Assembly: GCA_964580495.1 (NCBI GenBank)
Contig: CAZOKE010000002.1
Location: 1-53,134 of the forward strand
From: an uncultured Candidatus Saccharibacteria bacterium
Lineage (GTDB): Bacteria > Patescibacteriota > Doudnabacteria > UBA920 > O2-02-FULL-48-8
Length of the DNA: 53,134 nucleotides
Reading direction: 5' to 3'
The notes under the pieces were generated by a model. It made no database searches and was not told the origin of the DNA. It saw only the letters and a list, made by a program, of their open reading frames with translations. Made by a program: the position numbers and the translations under genes. This document shows, one piece after another, positions 35,561 through 45,778 of this stretch (the first letter of the stretch is position 1; each line of letters opens with the position of its first letter).

Positions 35561-36718
35561 ATGCCAAAAACAAAAGTTTTAATCTTGCATACATCGGTTG
35601 GCTACGGCATTAAAGCCACGGCTTACAACATTTACGATCAGCTGGAAAAGTCCGAAGAGTACGAGCCGAGAGTGGCTGATATCGGCGAAGTCGAAGCCGG
35701 CGCTTTTGCTACCATGATCCGCAAAGCCTATACGAATATTACAGACCACTTAGCGCCGCTTTGGGGTTTTCTTTATACTTCCAAATTTGTGATGTTTGTC
35801 ATGCTGCCGCTGCGCAAGACTATTGCTTCGTTCCAATCCAAAAAAACTTTGCAGCTGTTGCGCGAGTATCAGCCGGCCATAGTCATTTCCACCCAAGCCG
35901 CATGCACGGGCGTGCTGGCTTACCTTAAATCCAAAGGTTTGTACCGGGGCAAAGTCGTGGCAGTGTTTTCGGATTATCATTTGCATAAATTCTGGCTCTT
36001 CGATGAAGTTGATTTGTACTGCTGCAATATCGCCGACCAAGCTCGGCAGTTGGAAGCCATGGGAGTAGCCAAGAAGCGCATAGCGATCACAGGCCTGTTT
36101 GTATCGGAAAAGTTCTCGAAGATTTTGGATAAAACTGAGACCTGCCAGAGTTTAGGGCTTCTGACCACCATGCCCAAGGTTTTGCTGTTTAACGGGGCCA
36201 GGCCGCGCATGGCTTCCAAAGAGATTTTCTTGCAGCTGTTGCGTTCGAAAAAAAGTTTCCAAATTGTGGCGGTTTGCGGCAACAACGCGGAACTTAAAAA
36301 AGAACTGGAAGCGATCAGCGCGCCCAACCTGCATCCCGTAAAAATTTATGGCTACACCAACCAAGCCGACCAGCTCATGTCCGCTTCCGATGTCATGGTG
36401 GGCAAAACTGGTGGGCCGACCATGGGAGAGGCGATCATCAAAAAATTGCCGATGGTCTTAACAGACGTCCAGCCCGGCCACGAGCAGGAAAATTTGAAGT
36501 TCCTCGTCAAAAATAATATTGTGGAGCATGGCCGCGTACCGCGGGAAGTTGTATTTTTGGTGGAAGAAATTTTGGAAGGCAAGCATCGCAAAAATTGGGA
36601 GAATGCTTTCGAAAAAATTATCAAACCGCCGGGTACGATCAGCATTATTGCCGCTTTGGATTCGATAAGGCCCGGGACTAGGGTAACGCATTATCAAGAG
36701 CCCGCGTTTAAAGTTTAA
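35561..36718 (+). CDS. MGDG-synthase / GT28-family diacylglycerol glycosyltransferase
   Basis: MPKTKVLILHTSVGYGIKATA... N-terminus. C-terminal GKTGGPTMGEAI...P. Start moved to the internal ATG at 35561, since the track ORF start at 35219 overlaps the previous gene. Confidence 0.7.
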   Translation: MPKTKVLILHTSVGYGIKATAYNIYDQLEKSEEYEPRVADIGEVEAGAFATMIRKAYTNITDHLAPLWGFLYTSKFVMFVMLPLRKTIASFQSKKTLQLLREYQPAIVISTQAACTGVLAYLKSKGLYRGKVVAVFSDYHLHKFWLFDEVDLYCCNIADQARQLEAMGVAKKRIAITGLFVSEKFSKILDKTETCQSLGLLTTMPKVLLFNGARPRMASKEIFLQLLRSKKSFQIVAVCGNNAELKKELEAISAPNLHPVKIYGYTNQADQLMSASDVMVGKTGGPTMGEAIIKKLPMVLTDVQPGHEQENLKFLVKNNIVEHGRVPREVVFLVEEILEGKHRKNWENAFEKIIKPPGTISIIAALDSIRPGTRVTHYQEPAFKV

Positions 36719-36826
36719 TAAAATAATGCGAATATACGAAATTAGATGCGAATGATGCAATTGAGAATGCTTAAAAGCGCTTTTTTATTGCCAATTATTG
36801 TAAGTTAATTGTCTTTGGAAAATTAT

Positions 36827-36858
36827 TTGACACACAGCTTTCAACTAGATATAGTTGA
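36827..36858 (+). promoter_or_regulatory. hsp20 promoter with an inverted-repeat operator over the -10 element
   Basis: TTGACA (36827-32), 17-nt spacer, TATAGT (36850-55). Inverted repeat tcaacta-gata-tagttga at 36841-58. Confidence 0.6.
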
Positions 36859-36890
36859 GGTGCTAGATTTTTAATAAACATTTAAAAACA

Positions 36891-37373
36891 ATGGCTAAAG
36901 ACAAGAACCTAATCAACAAGCTCATGGGCACGCAAGCAATCAACGAAGAAGAAGACGAGATGGAAAACATGGCAGAAGACGAAGAAGAGGCTACAGACGC
37001 CGCTCCGCAGCAGCAGCAAGAAGACTGGCTTTCCGAATACGAGGGGCAACTGACAATAGATATGTATCAGACCAAGGATAACGTGATCATCAAATCCACT
37101 ATCGCCGGCGTGAAACCGGAAGACATCGATGTCACTATAGCCAATGACATGGTCACGATCCGCGGCGAGCGCAAGCGGGACTTCGAAGCTTCGTCAGAGG
37201 ATTATTTTTATCAGGAATGCTATTGGGGTTCATTTAGCCGATCAGTCGTACTGCCCGTGGATGTTGATATCGAAAATGTTTCCGCCGATTTGAAAGACGG
37301 AATTCTTACAGTGATCCTGCCGAAAGCCGCCAAAGCCAAAGCCAAGAAAGTCAGAGTTGGTTCACGAGTTTAA
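36891..37373 (+). CDS. hsp20: Small heat-shock protein (Hsp20 / alpha-crystallin family)
   Basis: 160 aa. DIDVTIANDMVTIRGERK and GILTVILPK motifs. Confidence 0.9.
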   Translation: MAKDKNLINKLMGTQAINEEEDEMENMAEDEEEATDAAPQQQQEDWLSEYEGQLTIDMYQTKDNVIIKSTIAGVKPEDIDVTIANDMVTIRGERKRDFEASSEDYFYQECYWGSFSRSVVLPVDVDIENVSADLKDGILTVILPKAAKAKAKKVRVGSRV

Positions 37374-37473
37374 TAAATATTCAAAAGCCCCGGACTCGAT
37401 TAGCGAGAGAGCGGGGCTTTTTTAGTTATTGACAACAGAGATTGGGAAGACATAAGATATTTATACATCATTT

Positions 37474-37581
37474 ATGTGCGGCAGAAAGTATGAAAATGTC
37501 AGAAATAAGAAACTGGATAAATCCTCAATAAAGAAGTCAATCGAATTGAAACGAGAGTTAAAAAAATTGAACAGCATCTAG
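37474..37581 (+). CDS. Possible 35-aa highly basic peptide. The unit could instead be a small RNA.
   Basis: MCGRKYENVRNKKLDKSSIKKSIELKRELKKLNSI. TTGACA (37429-34) with TAAGAT (37453-58). Terminator gaaaccgcc...ggcggtttc plus T-run at 37588-37615. No Shine-Dalgarno sequence. Confidence 0.25.
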   Translation: MCGRKYENVRNKKLDKSSIKKSIELKRELKKLNSI

Positions 37582-37823
37582 GAATCGAAACCGCCTAACC
37601 AGGGCGGTTTCTTTTTATAAAAAACCCAAGCACCTAGGATGTGTTTGGGTTATTGCCGCAGAATTTTTGCAAATGAAATTCTCGGTGGAATCGGGTTCGA
37701 GTCGTTTCATCAGCCATTCATAAAAATTTTGGCAGCTTACAATACCTCTAAGAATCAAACTCAGTAAATACTTGATTTTTTATACGAATCGTGGCAGAAT
37801 ATTATGTGACTTAAAAAAATACC

Positions 37824-39761
37824 ATGGATATTTCAACTCTATCGAAACAACTAAACATGTCTGTGGCCCAGCTTCGGGTGAGGATCAACCAAGCTGGTTT
37901 TCGTGTTAGCCCAAAAGCCAATAAGATAGATAATCAAATGGCAAAGCAGATACTCAACTCTTTGTCGCAGCAGCGAGCACCGGTGCAGACCGGACCCAAA
38001 GAGCCGAAGGAAGTTTCGCTGCCAGCTGTAATGAGTGTCAAAGAATTGGCGCAAATTTTGGGACTGGACGTGACAGTGGTGATTAAGAAACTTATCCAAA
38101 ATGGCGTACTGGCTTCTATTAATGAAGAAATTGATTATGACACAGCCGCTATTGTCGCCTCTGATTTGGGGTACAACGTATCTGAAACCAAAAAATCCAC
38201 GACTCGCCTGGGTTTGGGCTTTGTAAATGACGCAATTGAATCAGAACAGAAAGAAAAACCGGATGAGTTTGTGGTCCGGCCGCCGATTGTGGCAGTCATG
38301 GGTCACGTAGACCACGGCAAAACTACATTGCTTGATACCATCCGCAAAACCAAAGTCGTAGAAAAAGAATCCGGCGGAATCACGCAGCACATTGGAGCTT
38401 ATCAAGTGCCGCACAAAGATAAGTTGGTTACGTTCCTCGACACTCCGGGACATGAAGCTTTTTCTGCCATGCGTGCTCGCGGGGCAAATGTTACAGATAT
38501 TATTGTATTGGTGGTGGCAGCAGATGATGGCGTGAAACCTCAGACTGTAGAAGTGATCAATCGTGCAAAACTTACGCAAACCCCGCTGATAGTTGCTATG
38601 AATAAAGTTGATAAACCGGATGCCAACCCCGAACGGGTCAAGAAAGAATTGGCAGATTATGGAGTGTTGATTGAAGAGTGGGGCGGAACAACTCCGATTG
38701 CAAAAATTTCCGGCCTCACCGGACAAGGTGTGGACGAACTGCTGGAATTGATTCTGCTGCAGGCAGAAGTCATGGAACTTAAAGCCAATCCCAATGGCCA
38801 GGTCTTGGCAACGGTGATTGAATCCAACCTTTCGCGGACCCAAGGGCCGACAGCTACCGTTCTTGTTCAAAACGGCACGCTGAAGTTGGGCGACATCGTT
38901 GCTTTGGGCAAAGCTCACGGCAAGGTCCGATCCATGGAAGATTCTGTTGGCAAAAAAATCAAGCAAGCCAGCCCGGCCCAGCCGGTGCTCATAACCGGCC
39001 TTTCGGAAGTGCCTCAAGTCGGAGACATCCTGCGGGTTTATCCGACAGTTGATGAAGCGCGATCAGTGGCCATGGAAGTGGTTAAATCCGAACGAGCCAA
39101 GAAATTTCAAACTTCATCCAAACTCAATGTCGCCGGCAAGGAATTGAATTTGATTATCAAAGCTGACGTGCTGGGCAGCTTGGAGGCGATTGGCGATGCA
39201 CTCAATAAACTGAAAAACAACGAGGTCAAAATTAATATTCTGGAGCAGGGAGTGGGGGAGATCAATGAAAACGATATTCTCCGCGCCCAATCCGCAAACG
39301 GGATTATCATTGGATTTCACACGAGATTAAACCCGCAAGCTGCAAAATTGGCTCAAGCCCGAAAAGTCCCGGTTCAGCTCTATGACATTATTTATGAACT
39401 CGTGGAAGATTTGACCCGCCAAGTCATCGACATGCTGACACCAGAAGTCATGCGCACTGATTTGGGACGGGCCAAAATTTTGGCCGTGTTCCGAACTGAA
39501 AAAGATAAGATGATTGTGGGCGGCACAGTTGCCGAAGGCAAAATCAAAGATAAAGCCCAGGTGGAAATTAAGCGGGCGGGCAGTGATGAGATTGTGGGAC
39601 GCGGACAAATTACCGAACTCCAGCAAAATAAGATTAAGTCTAACGAAGTCTTGCGAGGCACGGAATTTGGAGTAAGTATCAAAACTACCACGAAAATTCT
39701 GGAAGGTGATGTTTTGGTAGTATACGAAGAGAGTGTCAGGAAGCGAGGATTGCAAGGATAA
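37824..39761 (+). CDS. infB: Translation initiation factor IF-2
   Basis: 645 aa. G-domain [24 protein letters not shown]. No nusA upstream. Confidence 0.95.
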   Translation: MDISTLSKQLNMSVAQLRVRINQAGFRVSPKANKIDNQMAKQILNSLSQQRAPVQTGPKEPKEVSLPAVMSVKELAQILGLDVTVVIKKLIQNGVLASINEEIDYDTAAIVASDLGYNVSETKKSTTRLGLGFVNDAIESEQKEKPDEFVVRPPIVAVMGHVDHGKTTLLDTIRKTKVVEKESGGITQHIGAYQVPHKDKLVTFLDTPGHEAFSAMRARGANVTDIIVLVVAADDGVKPQTVEVINRAKLTQTPLIVAMNKVDKPDANPERVKKELADYGVLIEEWGGTTPIAKISGLTGQGVDELLELILLQAEVMELKANPNGQVLATVIESNLSRTQGPTATVLVQNGTLKLGDIVALGKAHGKVRSMEDSVGKKIKQASPAQPVLITGLSEVPQVGDILRVYPTVDEARSVAMEVVKSERAKKFQTSSKLNVAGKELNLIIKADVLGSLEAIGDALNKLKNNEVKINILEQGVGEINENDILRAQSANGIIIGFHTRLNPQAAKLAQARKVPVQLYDIIYELVEDLTRQVIDMLTPEVMRTDLGRAKILAVFRTEKDKMIVGGTVAEGKIKDKAQVEIKRAGSDEIVGRGQITELQQNKIKSNEVLRGTEFGVSIKTTTKILEGDVLVVYEESVRKRGLQG

Positions 39762-39824
39762 GCTTAAAATTCAAAAATTAAATTTTAGAACATTTTGAGT
39801 TTTGGATTTTGGAACTTGGAATTT

Positions 39825-40172
39825 ATGTCTCATCGAACCGATAAAGTTGCTGCAACATTACAAGAGCAGTTGGGCCTGCAAATGCAGAAGCTGGAACTGC
39901 CGTTTTTGACGACGATTTCCAAAGTCGAGGTCACGCCGGACCTCAAACACGCGAAAGTCTGGATAACAATATTCAGTGACAAGGAAAAAGATGAGCAGGC
40001 TGTACTTGAAGCTTTGTCCCAAAATAAATACGACCTCCAAGGCGCTATGTATGAATATTTCAAAAGCAAGAACGTACCAAGGATCCATTTCGAAGTTGAC
40101 CATTCCGAGCAGTATTCTTCCCATATTAATAAATTATTAAAGAAACTGAAGATTAACCGAGCATTGACCTAA
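39825..40172 (+). CDS. rbfA: Ribosome-binding factor A
   Basis: MSHRTDKVAATLQEQL...VEVTPDLKHAKVW...VPRIHFEVD. The ATG at 39825 is internal to the track ORF. Confidence 0.8.
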   Translation: MSHRTDKVAATLQEQLGLQMQKLELPFLTTISKVEVTPDLKHAKVWITIFSDKEKDEQAVLEALSQNKYDLQGAMYEYFKSKNVPRIHFEVDHSEQYSSHINKLLKKLKINRALT

Positions 40173-40200
40173 GCTCGGTTTTTTGTTATTATTGCTAGCT

Positions 40201-41163
40201 ATGCCTATTCCCAACGATGTCAAAATGAATATGAAAAAAGCCCTGCTGTTAATCCAAAAAGTTGACAGGATTTTTATGACCACGCACGAAAATACGGACG
40301 GGGATGATTTGGGTTCTCTGCTGGCACTTAAACGAGCTTTGCAAAAAATGAACAAGCATGTGGATGCGGCTGTGCGCAAAGGGGTGCCCCAAAGCTTGAA
40401 ATTCCTGCATGGTTCAATCGAAGTCGGAGAGAAGTTGGCACAAACAAATTTTGATTTAATAATTACTTTTGGTTGCGGCACCATAGAACGCACCAATCAT
40501 CCGGAGCTTTACAATCTGTCGGTTCCAATCATCAACATCGATCATCACCCAGACAACAAAATGTTCGGGCACATCAACATTGTTGAACCCTCGACTTCCT
40601 CGGTCGCGGAGTTAATGTTCCACTTTTTTAACGTTTGTGATTTGCCGATTGATAAGGAAATCGCTGTTTGCCTTTTGACCGGGATATTTACCGATACCGG
40701 CGGGTTCAAACACGCCAACACTTCCGCGGCAGCACTGGCGTCCGCTTCCGAGCTTATGAAGAAAGGGGCCAGGGTCGACCACATCGCCAAACTGACGATG
40801 GGCAGCCAGAATGCCACTGGGGCAGTCGTCTGGGCCAAAGCTTTGGAGAACGCCAGGTTTGACGCCAAGCATAAAATAATTTATTCGGTCTTAACCGAAG
40901 ATGATTTGAAAAGCATCCAGGCTTCGGATGAGAACCTCTCGGGCATTGCCAGCTTCCTCATTAGCATGTCGCAGGCAAAATTTTCCATGTTCTTGCGCCA
41001 AGACGGCGATATTGTCCGCGGCAGTTTGCGGAGCGAGCCGGATCGGGGAGTTGATGTGAACAAGATCGCCAAAATTTTTGGCGGCGGGGGGCACAAGTTG
41101 GCTTCCGGCTTTAAAGTCAAAGGCAAATTAATACGGACAGAAAAGGGCTGGCAGATAATTTAG
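40201..41163 (+). CDS. nrnA: DHH/DHHA1 phosphoesterase (NrnA-like)
   Basis: HENTDGDDLGS, NIDHHPDN, GGGGHKLASG motifs. The ATG at 40201 lies after the rbfA terminator. Confidence 0.7.
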   Translation: MPIPNDVKMNMKKALLLIQKVDRIFMTTHENTDGDDLGSLLALKRALQKMNKHVDAAVRKGVPQSLKFLHGSIEVGEKLAQTNFDLIITFGCGTIERTNHPELYNLSVPIINIDHHPDNKMFGHINIVEPSTSSVAELMFHFFNVCDLPIDKEIAVCLLTGIFTDTGGFKHANTSAAALASASELMKKGARVDHIAKLTMGSQNATGAVVWAKALENARFDAKHKIIYSVLTEDDLKSIQASDENLSGIASFLISMSQAKFSMFLRQDGDIVRGSLRSEPDRGVDVNKIAKIFGGGGHKLASGFKVKGKLIRTEKGWQII

Positions 41164-41232
41164 ATGGCAGTAATTGTCATCTTTTTTTATTTGGGATTTT
41201 GTGGTAAAATAAATAAGCAAAATTCATTAAAA

Positions 41233-41287
41233 CACACCCTCTCTGCCCCTTCGGGGCATCTCTCCCCGCTGATGCGGGCGAGAATAA
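41233..41287 (+). ncRNA. Copy 2 of the conserved two-hairpin RNA motif, abutting the ftsK start codon
   Basis: acaccctctctg, then hairpin gcccc-ttcg-gggc (C(UUCG)G), then catctctcccc, then tgcgggcgagaataa, then aaATG (41289). Confidence 0.45.
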
Positions 41288-41288
41288 A

Positions 41289-42707
41289 ATGAAGATGACT
41301 AAGCGGAAACAAAAACCTATTGCTGAATCCAGTTATAAACGTCCGCAGCTCAACCTGAAAAAGGAAACTAGAAAAGGCGTAGCTGTGGTCTTTTTTGTCG
41401 TGCTGGCAATCTTGTTTGCCTTAAGCTTGGCCGGATCGGCCGGGCCATTTGGGGAAGTTGCCAATAAGGTCTTGAAATTGGCGTTTGGTTGGGTTGCTTA
41501 TGTTGTGCCTTTAATTTTCCTCATGGTTGCCGTGGCTTTATTCCAAACCAAAAACGAAGATGAAACCAATACTGTTTCCATGCACGCTTACGTGGGCGCT
41601 GTGCTTGTGACTTTAACTTTGACCGGGTTTTTGCATTTATTGGTGCTGAGAACCGATGTCAATCAGGCGTTTGATCTGGTAAAGCAAGGGAAAGGCGGCG
41701 GATACTTAGGAGTGCTGACGAGCTATCCGCTCATGCATTTCATGGGCTTTATCGCCAGCTTAATTGTTTTAATTGCAGGGATAGTAGTTTCGTTTTTTGT
41801 AACCTTCAACATCTCTTTTCTTGATTTATGGCGAAAAGAATCTACAGCTCTTGGTGGCAAAACCAAACCCGCACCATTGAAGATCAATAATGCGGCCTCT
41901 GCCGGATTTACCAAAGAATCTGTGGGCGAAGCTAACAAAGCCGCCAAAGAGAATTTGGTCGTGAATATGCCCGGCGACGACAAAGTCGCTTCGCTTAAAT
42001 TAAACACCAGATTGCCGGCGGCTGATAAAAATTGGAAATTCCCGCCCCTGGATCTGTTGGATGACGCAAAAAACCGCGTCGACTCTGGCAACATTGAACA
42101 AAATGTCGCTATCCTGCAAAAAACTCTGCAGGATTTCGGGATCGAAGTTGAAATGGGAGAAGTCAATGTCGGCCCAACTGTTACTCAATATACTTTGCGC
42201 CCAGCTGTGGGCGTGAAACTTTCTCAAATCGGGGCTTTGCAAAATGATTTAGCTTTGGCCTTGTCAGCTTCTTCGATCCGCATGGAGCTGCCGATTCCCG
42301 GCAAAGGATTAGTGGGGATCGAGATTCCAAACAAGAGCACGGCGACCGTGCACCTGCGGGAGATTTTGAGCAATCCGGTTTTTGCGGACAATCCATCGAA
42401 GCTGGCGTTTAGTTTGGGGCGCGATGTGGCGGGTCATCCCATAGTCGCAGATTTGGCGCGGATGCCGCATTTGCTAATTGCCGGAGCTACTGGCAGCGGC
42501 AAATCTATTTGTATGAACTCGGTATTGTTGAGTTTTTTATACCGCTCAACCCCATCGGAAGTGAAATTTATAGTGGTTGACCCCAAGCGTGTCGAGCTCT
42601 CTCTCTACAACGGGCTGCCGCATCTTTTAACCCCTGTGATTACTGATCACCAACAGGCGGTGAATGCTTTGCGCTGGACTGTGATGGAAATGGACCGCCG
42701 CTATTAA
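41289..42707 (+). CDS. ftsK: FtsK/SpoIIIE DNA translocase, N-terminal part (membrane domain, linker, Walker A), ending at an in-frame TAA
   Basis: 472 aa. AGATGSGKS Walker A. Ends ...MEMDRRY-TAA in the middle of the conserved motor domain. Confidence 0.8.
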   Translation: MKMTKRKQKPIAESSYKRPQLNLKKETRKGVAVVFFVVLAILFALSLAGSAGPFGEVANKVLKLAFGWVAYVVPLIFLMVAVALFQTKNEDETNTVSMHAYVGAVLVTLTLTGFLHLLVLRTDVNQAFDLVKQGKGGGYLGVLTSYPLMHFMGFIASLIVLIAGIVVSFFVTFNISFLDLWRKESTALGGKTKPAPLKINNAASAGFTKESVGEANKAAKENLVVNMPGDDKVASLKLNTRLPAADKNWKFPPLDLLDDAKNRVDSGNIEQNVAILQKTLQDFGIEVEMGEVNVGPTVTQYTLRPAVGVKLSQIGALQNDLALALSASSIRMELPIPGKGLVGIEIPNKSTATVHLREILSNPVFADNPSKLAFSLGRDVAGHPIVADLARMPHLLIAGATGSGKSICMNSVLLSFLYRSTPSEVKFIVVDPKRVELSLYNGLPHLLTPVITDHQQAVNALRWTVMEMDRRY

Positions 42708-43457
42708 ATGCTGCAAGAAGTGCATAAGCGGAATATTCAGGAATTCAACGATGCCAGCTTGCTCAAAATGCCTTATTTAGTTGTTGTGGTTGATGAATTG
42801 GCGGACCTGATGAGTGTGGCCCAAAACGAAGTCGAAGCCGCCGTTGTGAGATTGGCGCAAATGGCGCGCGCCGTGGGCATCCATTTGGTTTTGGCCACGC
42901 AACGGCCTTCGGTGGACGTCATCACCGGTTTGATCAAAGCCAACATCACTTCCCGCATTGCCTTTGCGGTAGCTTCGCAAGTCGACTCGCGCACCATCCT
43001 CGACATGTCCGGGGCCGAGAAACTTCTGGGGCGCGGCGACATGCTTTACATCACGTCTGACCTTCCGAAACCGATGCGCATCCAAGGCTCGTTTGTCACT
43101 GAAAAAGAAATCAAGAAAGTCATGGATTTCATCAAGGACCAAGCCGGCGAAGTTATTTACAACGAACAGATTGTCGAAAAGCCCACCAAAGCCGCGGGCA
43201 CTTCCGGTTATGAAACCGACATGGATGATGGCGGCGATGAATTATTGCCGGAGGCAACGCAAATTGTCAGGCAGGCCGGCAAAGCTTCCGCGTCATTGCT
43301 GCAGCGGCGGCTGCGAGTCGGTTATGCCCGCGCCGCGAGATTGTTGGACATCATGGAAGACCAGGGGATTGTGGGGCCGGCGGACGGCGCCAAGCCTCGC
43401 GAAGTTTATAATGAGGAAGGACAACCTGCAGAATCGACAATTGATGATTTTCAATAA
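42708..43457 (+). CDS. ftsK: FtsK/SpoIIIE DNA translocase, C-terminal part (Walker B, gamma winged helix), same frame as the N-terminal part
   Basis: The ATG immediately follows the TAA. VVVVDELADL Walker B. LATQRPSVDV. C-terminal ...LLQRRLRVGYARAARLLDIMEDQGIVGP. Confidence 0.8.
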   Translation: MLQEVHKRNIQEFNDASLLKMPYLVVVVDELADLMSVAQNEVEAAVVRLAQMARAVGIHLVLATQRPSVDVITGLIKANITSRIAFAVASQVDSRTILDMSGAEKLLGRGDMLYITSDLPKPMRIQGSFVTEKEIKKVMDFIKDQAGEVIYNEQIVEKPTKAAGTSGYETDMDDGGDELLPEATQIVRQAGKASASLLQRRLRVGYARAARLLDIMEDQGIVGPADGAKPREVYNEEGQPAESTIDDFQ

Positions 43458-43563
43458 TTTGACAAGTTAATTGCTTCCGGTTAAGATTAATTTACTGAAT
43501 AAAATATTTTTCTAAAGCGGCTACATTGCCGCTTTTTGTTTGTGGTATTATGTAGGCACGATT

Positions 43564-44508
43564 ATGAGTGACGAAACTTTATTCAAAATCAAAAGCGTAA
43601 AAATCGACACCCTCGGAGATTATCTGAAAAAGGTTCGCGGAAAATTAAATATGGACATAAAAACTGTCAGTTTGCTGTCCCAGATCAAGCCTATGTATTT
43701 AGAAAATCTGGAAGCGGGGCTTTATGATAAATTGCCGGCCGAAGTCTACATCCGAGGCTTTCTTAAAAATCTTTCCCAGCTTTATCATATCGATGAACAG
43801 GTTTTGATCGAGCAATTTGAAAAAGAACACGGGTTTGCCGCGGCGCATACGCGCCGGGCCGTGCTTAACCAGCCAAAGGTCTGGCTGACTCCGAGAATGA
43901 TTATAGTGTTGGTTTCGGTAGTGGCACTCTTGGGCGCCACCTTTTATGTCGTTTCCGAAATCCGATCGGTATTGGCCCCGCCGAAACTTTCGATTTTGGA
44001 GCCAGCTTCGGACGCTACAATTTCCGGCAACAGCATTGTGGTTTCGGGTACTGCGGAAATCGGGTCAGACGTGAGTATCAACGACCAAGCGGTTTTTTTG
44101 GATAAAAACGGGCAATTCAACGAAAACGTCATTTTGGGTCCCGGTTTGAATGTGGTGGAAATTGTGGCAAAAAATAAATTCAACAAAACTTCCAAAATTA
44201 CCCGGAAAATCAACGCCCAGCTAGCCCAATCTGCGCCCCAAACCGGACCCACTCTGCCGGTGAACATCACCGTGACTATTGGCCCTGACCCGGCCTGGGT
44301 TTCCATAGAAGCAGACGGCTTGGTGGTCCAGCGCGGCACCATGCTTGCCGGTTCGTCAAAAAGTTTTTCCGCCAAGAAAGATATCGTAATCACTTCGGCT
44401 AACGCTGGCTCGACAGACATTATTTACAACGGCAAAGATCTGGGCAAACTTGGCCGCGACAACGAAGTCATCCGCAATGTGGAATTTTCCTCGACCACCA
44501 ACCAGTAA
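43564..44508 (+). CDS. rodZ: RodZ-like cytoskeleton protein (HTH, TM segment, DUF4115-like)
   Basis: MSDET...LGDYLKKVRGKLNMDIKTVSLLSQIKPMYLENLEAG...YIRGFLKN. Central TM segment. Confidence 0.65.
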   Translation: MSDETLFKIKSVKIDTLGDYLKKVRGKLNMDIKTVSLLSQIKPMYLENLEAGLYDKLPAEVYIRGFLKNLSQLYHIDEQVLIEQFEKEHGFAAAHTRRAVLNQPKVWLTPRMIIVLVSVVALLGATFYVVSEIRSVLAPPKLSILEPASDATISGNSIVVSGTAEIGSDVSINDQAVFLDKNGQFNENVILGPGLNVVEIVAKNKFNKTSKITRKINAQLAQSAPQTGPTLPVNITVTIGPDPAWVSIEADGLVVQRGTMLAGSSKSFSAKKDIVITSANAGSTDIIYNGKDLGKLGRDNEVIRNVEFSSTTNQ

Positions 44509-44697
44509 ATCCAGCACCTTGTTCGTTTGATTATTGTAGTGCAAAAACTTCTTAACAATCCCATAGTTTGCTGTAATATAGGAATGTTGCAGGAAGGTGC
44601 TGGATAAACTTGACTGGTTCCAAAACTTAGCTACACTAAATTTATCAATTAATGCGCGGCGCCTGTTTTACACCACAGGCAAAAAGAAAGAAAGCAT

Positions 44698-45726
44698 ATG
44701 GCAAAAGGAAGCAACAAAATTGAATCTGCCGGAAACCTGGAAGAGACCCTGGCCTCGATTCGAGACAAGTTTGGCGAGGGTTCGATCATGACTCTGCAAA
44801 AAGCCAAGACCATGAATGTCGAAACAATTTCGACGGGATCGATCTCGCTCGATCTCGCTCTGGGCGGCGGCATTCCGAAAGGGCGTATCATAGAAATTTT
44901 TGGTCCGGAAGGCAGCGGCAAAACTACGCTCGCTCTTCACATCATCGCCGAAGTCCAAAAGCATGGCGGCGTGGCGTCGTTCATCGATGCTGAACACGCA
45001 CTCGATCCGGAGCGCGCCAAGGCGGTGGGAGTGAAGGTCGACAAGCTTTTGATTTCACAACCGGACTCTGGCGAGCAAGCGCTCGACATCGTCGAAGCTT
45101 TGGTGAGATCAAATTCCATCGACGTCATCGTCATCGACTCAGTCGCAGCACTAACGCCAAGAGCGGAGCTCGAAGGGGAAATGGGAGATTCGCACATGGG
45201 CTTGCATGCCAGACTCATGTCGCAAGCGTTGCGTAAGCTCACCGGGATAATTTCCAAGTCGAAATCAACAGTAATTTTCATAAACCAGATCCGAATGAAG
45301 ATCGGAGTCATGTTTGGCAATCCGGAAACTACCCCGGGCGGCCGGGCGCTGCCGTTTTATACTTCGGTGCGCATCGACATCCGCAAGATGACCCAAATCA
45401 AGCAAGGTGAAAACATCGTCGGCAACCACGTGCGCGCCAAGGTTGTGAAAAATAAAGTTGCTCCGCCTTTTCGCTGGACTGAATTCGACATCATGTTTTC
45501 GGAAGGCGGAATTTCCTATGCCGGAGATTTGCTCGACACGGCGGCAATGCAAAACGTCATTGCCAAGTCCGGCAACACTTACAGCTTTGGCGAAACAAAA
45601 CTTGGCATAGGCCGGGAGAACGCCAAAAAGTTTCTCCTCGACAATCCCAAAGTTGCCGCAGAGATCGACAAGGCCGTACGGAAGAAAGCGAAAGAGGTCG
45701 AATTAGCCCCAGGCTCGGGTGAATAA
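44698..45726 (+). CDS. recA: Recombinase RecA
   Basis: 342 aa. [12 protein letters not shown] Walker [30 protein letters not shown]. Confidence 0.97.
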   Translation: MAKGSNKIESAGNLEETLASIRDKFGEGSIMTLQKAKTMNVETISTGSISLDLALGGGIPKGRIIEIFGPEGSGKTTLALHIIAEVQKHGGVASFIDAEHALDPERAKAVGVKVDKLLISQPDSGEQALDIVEALVRSNSIDVIVIDSVAALTPRAELEGEMGDSHMGLHARLMSQALRKLTGIISKSKSTVIFINQIRMKIGVMFGNPETTPGGRALPFYTSVRIDIRKMTQIKQGENIVGNHVRAKVVKNKVAPPFRWTEFDIMFSEGGISYAGDLLDTAAMQNVIAKSGNTYSFGETKLGIGRENAKKFLLDNPKVAAEIDKAVRKKAKEVELAPGSGE

Positions 45727-45742
45727 GCACTCGATTTTTAGC

Positions 45743-45778
45743 AATCCAGCCCCACTTCTCGAAAGGGGCTGGATTTTT
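45743..45778 (+). terminator. recA intrinsic terminator
   Basis: aatccagcccc-acttctcgaaa-ggggctggatt followed by tttt. Confidence 0.85.

Noticed and set aside
37684-37714. ggtggaatcgggttcgagtcgtttcatcagcca resembles a tRNA T-arm plus 3' end.
   Set aside because: The T-stem cannot pair (cggg versus tcgt), there is no acceptor partner, and no CCA. The similarity rests mainly on GGTTCGAGTC and may be chance.
38241-39017. Long antisense track ORFs inside clearly identified genes: 258 aa within infB, 13624..14235 within tyrS, 12416..12982 within the PBP1A gene, 16959..17474 within gyrA, 52246..52881 within the solute-binding protein gene.
   Set aside because: Each lies fully inside, and antisense to, a gene with unmistakable family motifs. 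The peptides are low-complexity with no start signals. These are typical shadow ORFs.
42705-42710. The in-frame TAA in ftsK considered as evidence for stop-codon reassignment.
   Set aside because: TAA is used as the normal terminator of many genes in this window (for example recA, rpsA, dnaA), and no other gene shows internal stops. It is an isolated event, not a genetic-code change.
44606-44640. A LexA (SOS) box in the recA promoter (ggttccaaaactt between the -35 and -10 elements).
   Set aside because: It contains only a GTTC half-site. There is no palindromic partner and no clear match to the palindrome in the lexA promoter or to LexA box types I know.
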